Shown here: positions 61,050 through 64,000 of the stretch, one piece after another
Numbering within the stretch: position 1 is the stretch's first letter
Layout: each line of letters starts with the position of its first letter
Assembly: GCA_965240325.2 (NCBI GenBank)
Contig: OZ251234.1
Coordinates: forward strand, 682,001 to 746,000
Origin: Rebecca billardiae RCC1528
Taxonomy: Eukaryota > Protista > Haptophyta
Length of the DNA stretch: 64,000 bases
Direction of reading: 5' to 3'
Notes under the pieces: model-generated
Told to the model about the DNA's origin: nothing
Database searches by the model: none
The model's input: the letters and a program-made list of their open reading frames with translations, nothing else
Translations under genes and position numbers: made by a program

Positions 61050-62055
61050 GGCGCGCGCGCGTGCCGCGAGGGCTGAATTGGAATGGAACCCTGCCGTGCC
61101 AGGATATGCCCATCGCCCTCTGTCCTCGGGCGTCGCCCGTCCCAATGAATACTGGTACGCAGTGGACACCTCCACCTGCAGGCGTACAAGCGAACGGCGG
61201 CGGGCGACGAGGGGCACTGTGATGTGCGTGCTGCATCCAGGCAGCGCGCCGGACGCGTACCTGAGCTTCCTGAGAAGCTGGGCCTTGCATCGGGCTGTGC
61301 TGTTCTCGGCGGACGCGCGTCGTGTGAGCTTCACCATAGCCAGCCCACCCTGGGTGTCGACGACCTTGTAAACATCGCCATGCGTGCTCGTCATCGTACC
61401 GCATAACGGTTCAGCCTCTCCGTAAGCCGCAGATGGGACATCCATCTGCTCGACTCCTCGCTGGGGAGCCTCGGGTCGCGCGCCGAATTCACCGACTTGC
61501 GCGACCTCAGCAGCCGGCCGAGCGGCGCCCAGCCGCGCATGCTTGCCCCCTCAGCACGGCGCGGCGCGGCGTGCACTCGGGCCAACGGGTGCCGCACGAC
61601 ATTTAGATAAAGAGCTTCTGCTCCTGCACTCGCAGGTTCCATAGCACGAGCGCGCCCAAGGCGAAGAGGAAGGCGTCGACGGGTGCGGGCAGCGCGTGTT
61701 CGTCGTGCTCCCCCGAGGAGCGCGCCGAGGGCAACGCCACGTGCGCGGCGCCGGCGACGCCGGGCAGCGTGCTCATGGTGTCGTTGAGGAATTCCGAGAT
61801 TCCTCTCCCAGACGAGGCGGCGGCGGTGAGGCCGCGCCGCCCTGCTTGGAAGGAGCTCCGACTCCCAAGAGGGCCTTCGGCTGCAAAGCTGATTCTCTTC
61901 CGATCTCCTAGCCGATCTTCGTTTAGTCTATTGGTCCGACGAAGCACAGAAAATGTTTTTTTGGGGGCCTCGGCGTGCCGATCTCGCACGTTAGTTTGGC
62001 AAGCGGTACAGAAACGCTGCGCGCTGTCACACGGGCACGGCCCCACTGCTGCCAC
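61050..62055 (-). pseudogene. Degenerate ORF of unknown family with a Cys-rich N-terminus
   Basis: CPCDSAQRFCTAC is followed by frameshifted segments homologous to 58900-59650. Confidence 0.45.
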
Positions 62056-62222
62056 AGCGGCACAGCGGCACCGAGTGGCCAGTGGGGCTCTGACCCCTCT
62101 AGATCATTTGACGACGATATAGATATATATCTGTGACATAGGCGCCTGAGATTGACACTGCGGAGACGGAGTCGGTGGTTATTTACTACGGCATATAGGT
62201 GCCGTCGGAGTGATGATGATGA

Positions 62223-64000
62223 TCAAACGTTGTCCGCGATGGCGCGCCTGATCTTGCGCATCAGTGTGTTGGCGAACATGCGCGCCGTGGCATCCGCGCG
62301 TGACGTCAGCGGCGGCATGAGCGGCGGCAGCCACGATTCGCCGTCGCCGTCGCCGAGTCCCGCCGCCGCGGCGAGCGCCGCAGCGTCGCGCACGGGGCCA
62401 AAGCCTCGGGCGAGGGCCACGCTGAGCTGCTCCAGCAGCGCCGTCGTGGCGCCGTGCACCGCGTACATGTTGAACGGCGGCGCGTCGTCGGCCGTCTGCG
62501 CGCGCGCGACCGTGCCGTTGGCGGTCACGCGGTGCAGCCGCACCAGCGCCTCGACCCACGCGCCCTGCGTCGCGCGCTCGAGCTCCTCGAGGTGCGCGGC
62601 GGCGCGTGGAGCGGGCGGCGCGGCGGCGGCGCGGCGCGGCGGCTCGAGCAGCGGGCGCAGCACGCACGCGCTCACGCGCGCGAGCAGGTGCGCGGAGGAC
62701 TGCACGCTCAGCGCGCCGCGGTGCTCCTCGCGCACGTCCAGCGCGTACCACGGCAGCAGCTGCTGCTCCAGCAGCGGCACGACTGCGCCGCCACTGGGGC
62801 CGGTGGCCGCGCCCGCGCCGCCGCCGCCCACCGCCGCAAACTCTGCGCCCGGCGCCGCCGGCGTGGGCGCGAGCGCGTCAGCGGCTGCCGCCTCCTCGGC
62901 CTCGTCATCGTCGTGGTCGGCTCGCGCCCAGCCGGGCGCACGCGTCGCGGCCTCCGTGTCGAGCCAGCCCAGCAGGTCCGTCCACGCCAGCTGCTCCACG
63001 TCCGTAAGCAGCCCGATCAGCTTGGCGCGCCGCCTGAGCGCGGCCTGTACCCACTCGGCATAAGGCGTGAGGAGCCCCCACTTGTACACCGGGTCGTTGA
63101 ACGTCGCCGCGCGCGGGAGGAGCTCGGCCGGCGGCAGCGCGAGCTCGCGGTCGGTGAGCAGCGCGCACGCGCCGTCGAGCGCGCGCGCGCGCGCGCGCGG
63201 CGCGATCGGCGCGGAGAGCGCCGCGCGGTCGGTGCGGTTGTACCGGAGGCCGCGCGCGTGCTGGGCGTAGACGGGCGCGCACGTGCCCCACAGCCGGCCG
63301 AGCGCGCTGGTGGCCGTGGCGTGGACGCGCTCGTACTGGCGCAGCCAGACCGTGTCGTGCGGCTCGGCCCACTCCACCGCCGCGCGCACGAGCCGCTGCG
63401 CCATCTTCGCCTGCCCCGCGCACCAGCGCACCGGGTCGGCGGTGAGGTCGTAGCGCATGGCCATCGGGTCGTGCGACGCGCTGGCGTCGCCGTCGTCTGC
63501 GCGGTCGAGCTCGCGCGGCCGCGCGGCGACCTCGGCGGCGATGGCGAGCAGCGCGGCGTGGCGCTCGTCGTGCGTGCCCGCGGGCAGCTCCGCGTACCCG
63601 TACCGGATCGCAAACTCGTCGTACGGCCCGATGCGCTCCATGAAGTACGCACCCTGCGCCGCTGCGTCCTCGGCCACCACCGGGGGTACGTAGTCCATCA
63701 CGGACGAGGCGACCAGCCCCGTCTGCTTGGAGCGCGCGTGAATCTCGTCCGGGCCGTACAGCGCGCTCGCCTTGAAGTTGTGCCGCAGCCCCAGCGTGTG
63801 CCCCACCTCGTGCGCCACCACGTCCGTCAGCCCCTGCGCGATGAACTCCGACGGCACGGGGGCGCCCGGCCGCAGGCTGCCGCGCGCCAGCAGCTGCGCG
63901 TGCAGCAGCGCGAGAGGCGCGTCCGCCGAGCGCTCGCACGCGGGCGGGCGGCCGCGGCGCCGCGCGCCGCGCTGCTCGTGCGCGTGCGCGTGGGCAGCGT
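62223..64000 (-). CDS. EcxA/DUF5117-type zinc metalloprotease (metzincin), 5' part outside window
   Basis: Zinc motif VAHEVGHTLGLRHNF, Met-turn SSVMDY, and IGPYDEFAIRYGY. Confidence 0.9.
   Translation of the reverse strand, partial: AAHAHAHEQRGARRRGRPPACERSADAPLALLHAQLLARGSLRPGAPVPSEFIAQGLTDVVAHEVGHTLGLRHNFKASALYGPDEIHARSKQTGLVASSVMDYVPPVVAEDAAAQGAYFMERIGPYDEFAIRYGYAELPAGTHDERHAALLAIAAEVAARPRELDRADDGDASASHDPMAMRYDLTADPVRWCAGQAKMAQRLVRAAVEWAEPHDTVWLRQYERVHATATSALGRLWGTCAPVYAQHARGLRYNRTDRAALSAPIAPRARARALDGACALLTDRELALPPAELLPRAATFNDPVYKWGLLTPYAEWVQAALRRRAKLIGLLTDVEQLAWTDLLGWLDTEAATRAPGWARADHDDDEAEEAAAADALAPTPAAPGAEFAAVGGGGAGAATGPSGGAVVPLLEQQLLPWYALDVREEHRGALSVQSSAHLLARVSACVLRPLLEPPRRAAAAPPAPRAAAHLEELERATQGAWVEALVRLHRVTANGTVARAQTADDAPPFNMYAVHGATTALLEQLSVALARGFGPVRDAAALAAAAGLGDGDGESWLPPLMPPLTSRADATARMFANTLMRKIRRAIADNV

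Overview
This is very GC-rich eukaryotic DNA with GT-AG introns rich in GCGC. A haptophyte-like alga such as a Pavlovales member is my inference and is not proven. A few intact host genes sit in a dense, nested transposon landscape: PEX7, a 2-exon probable mitochondrial protein, a 2-exon Pro-rich membrane protein, FkbM-type and class I methyltransferases, a glycosyltransferase-like secreted protein and an EcxA-type metzincin. The most striking structure is a set of five complete non-autonomous elements in two subfamilies (A and B), plus orphan ends. They share an asymmetric end design: a 9-12 bp 5' terminal motif whose inverted copy lies ~35-45 bp from the other end, then a CAAC-N3-GTTG mini-hairpin, then a terminal 7-8 bp stem/3 nt loop hairpin. 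Stem and sub-TIR sequences co-vary between the subfamilies. Most ends abut TA-rich tracts or (TA)n/(TATC)n microsatellites. At least three carry different host gene fragments in sense orientation, one of them copied from a gene in this same window. This is Helitron2/Helentron-like gene capture. Also present: CAAGG-terminated elements with 7-bp TSDs (P-like) and their apparent excision footprints, a hAT derivative with a BED finger, nested long-TIR foldback elements, TA-flanked MITEs, a CRE-like RLE non-LTR retrotransposon, a recent internally deleted Copia element, a 3'-coterminal repeat fused to the PEX7 5' end, and several minisatellites. All alignments were done by eye.
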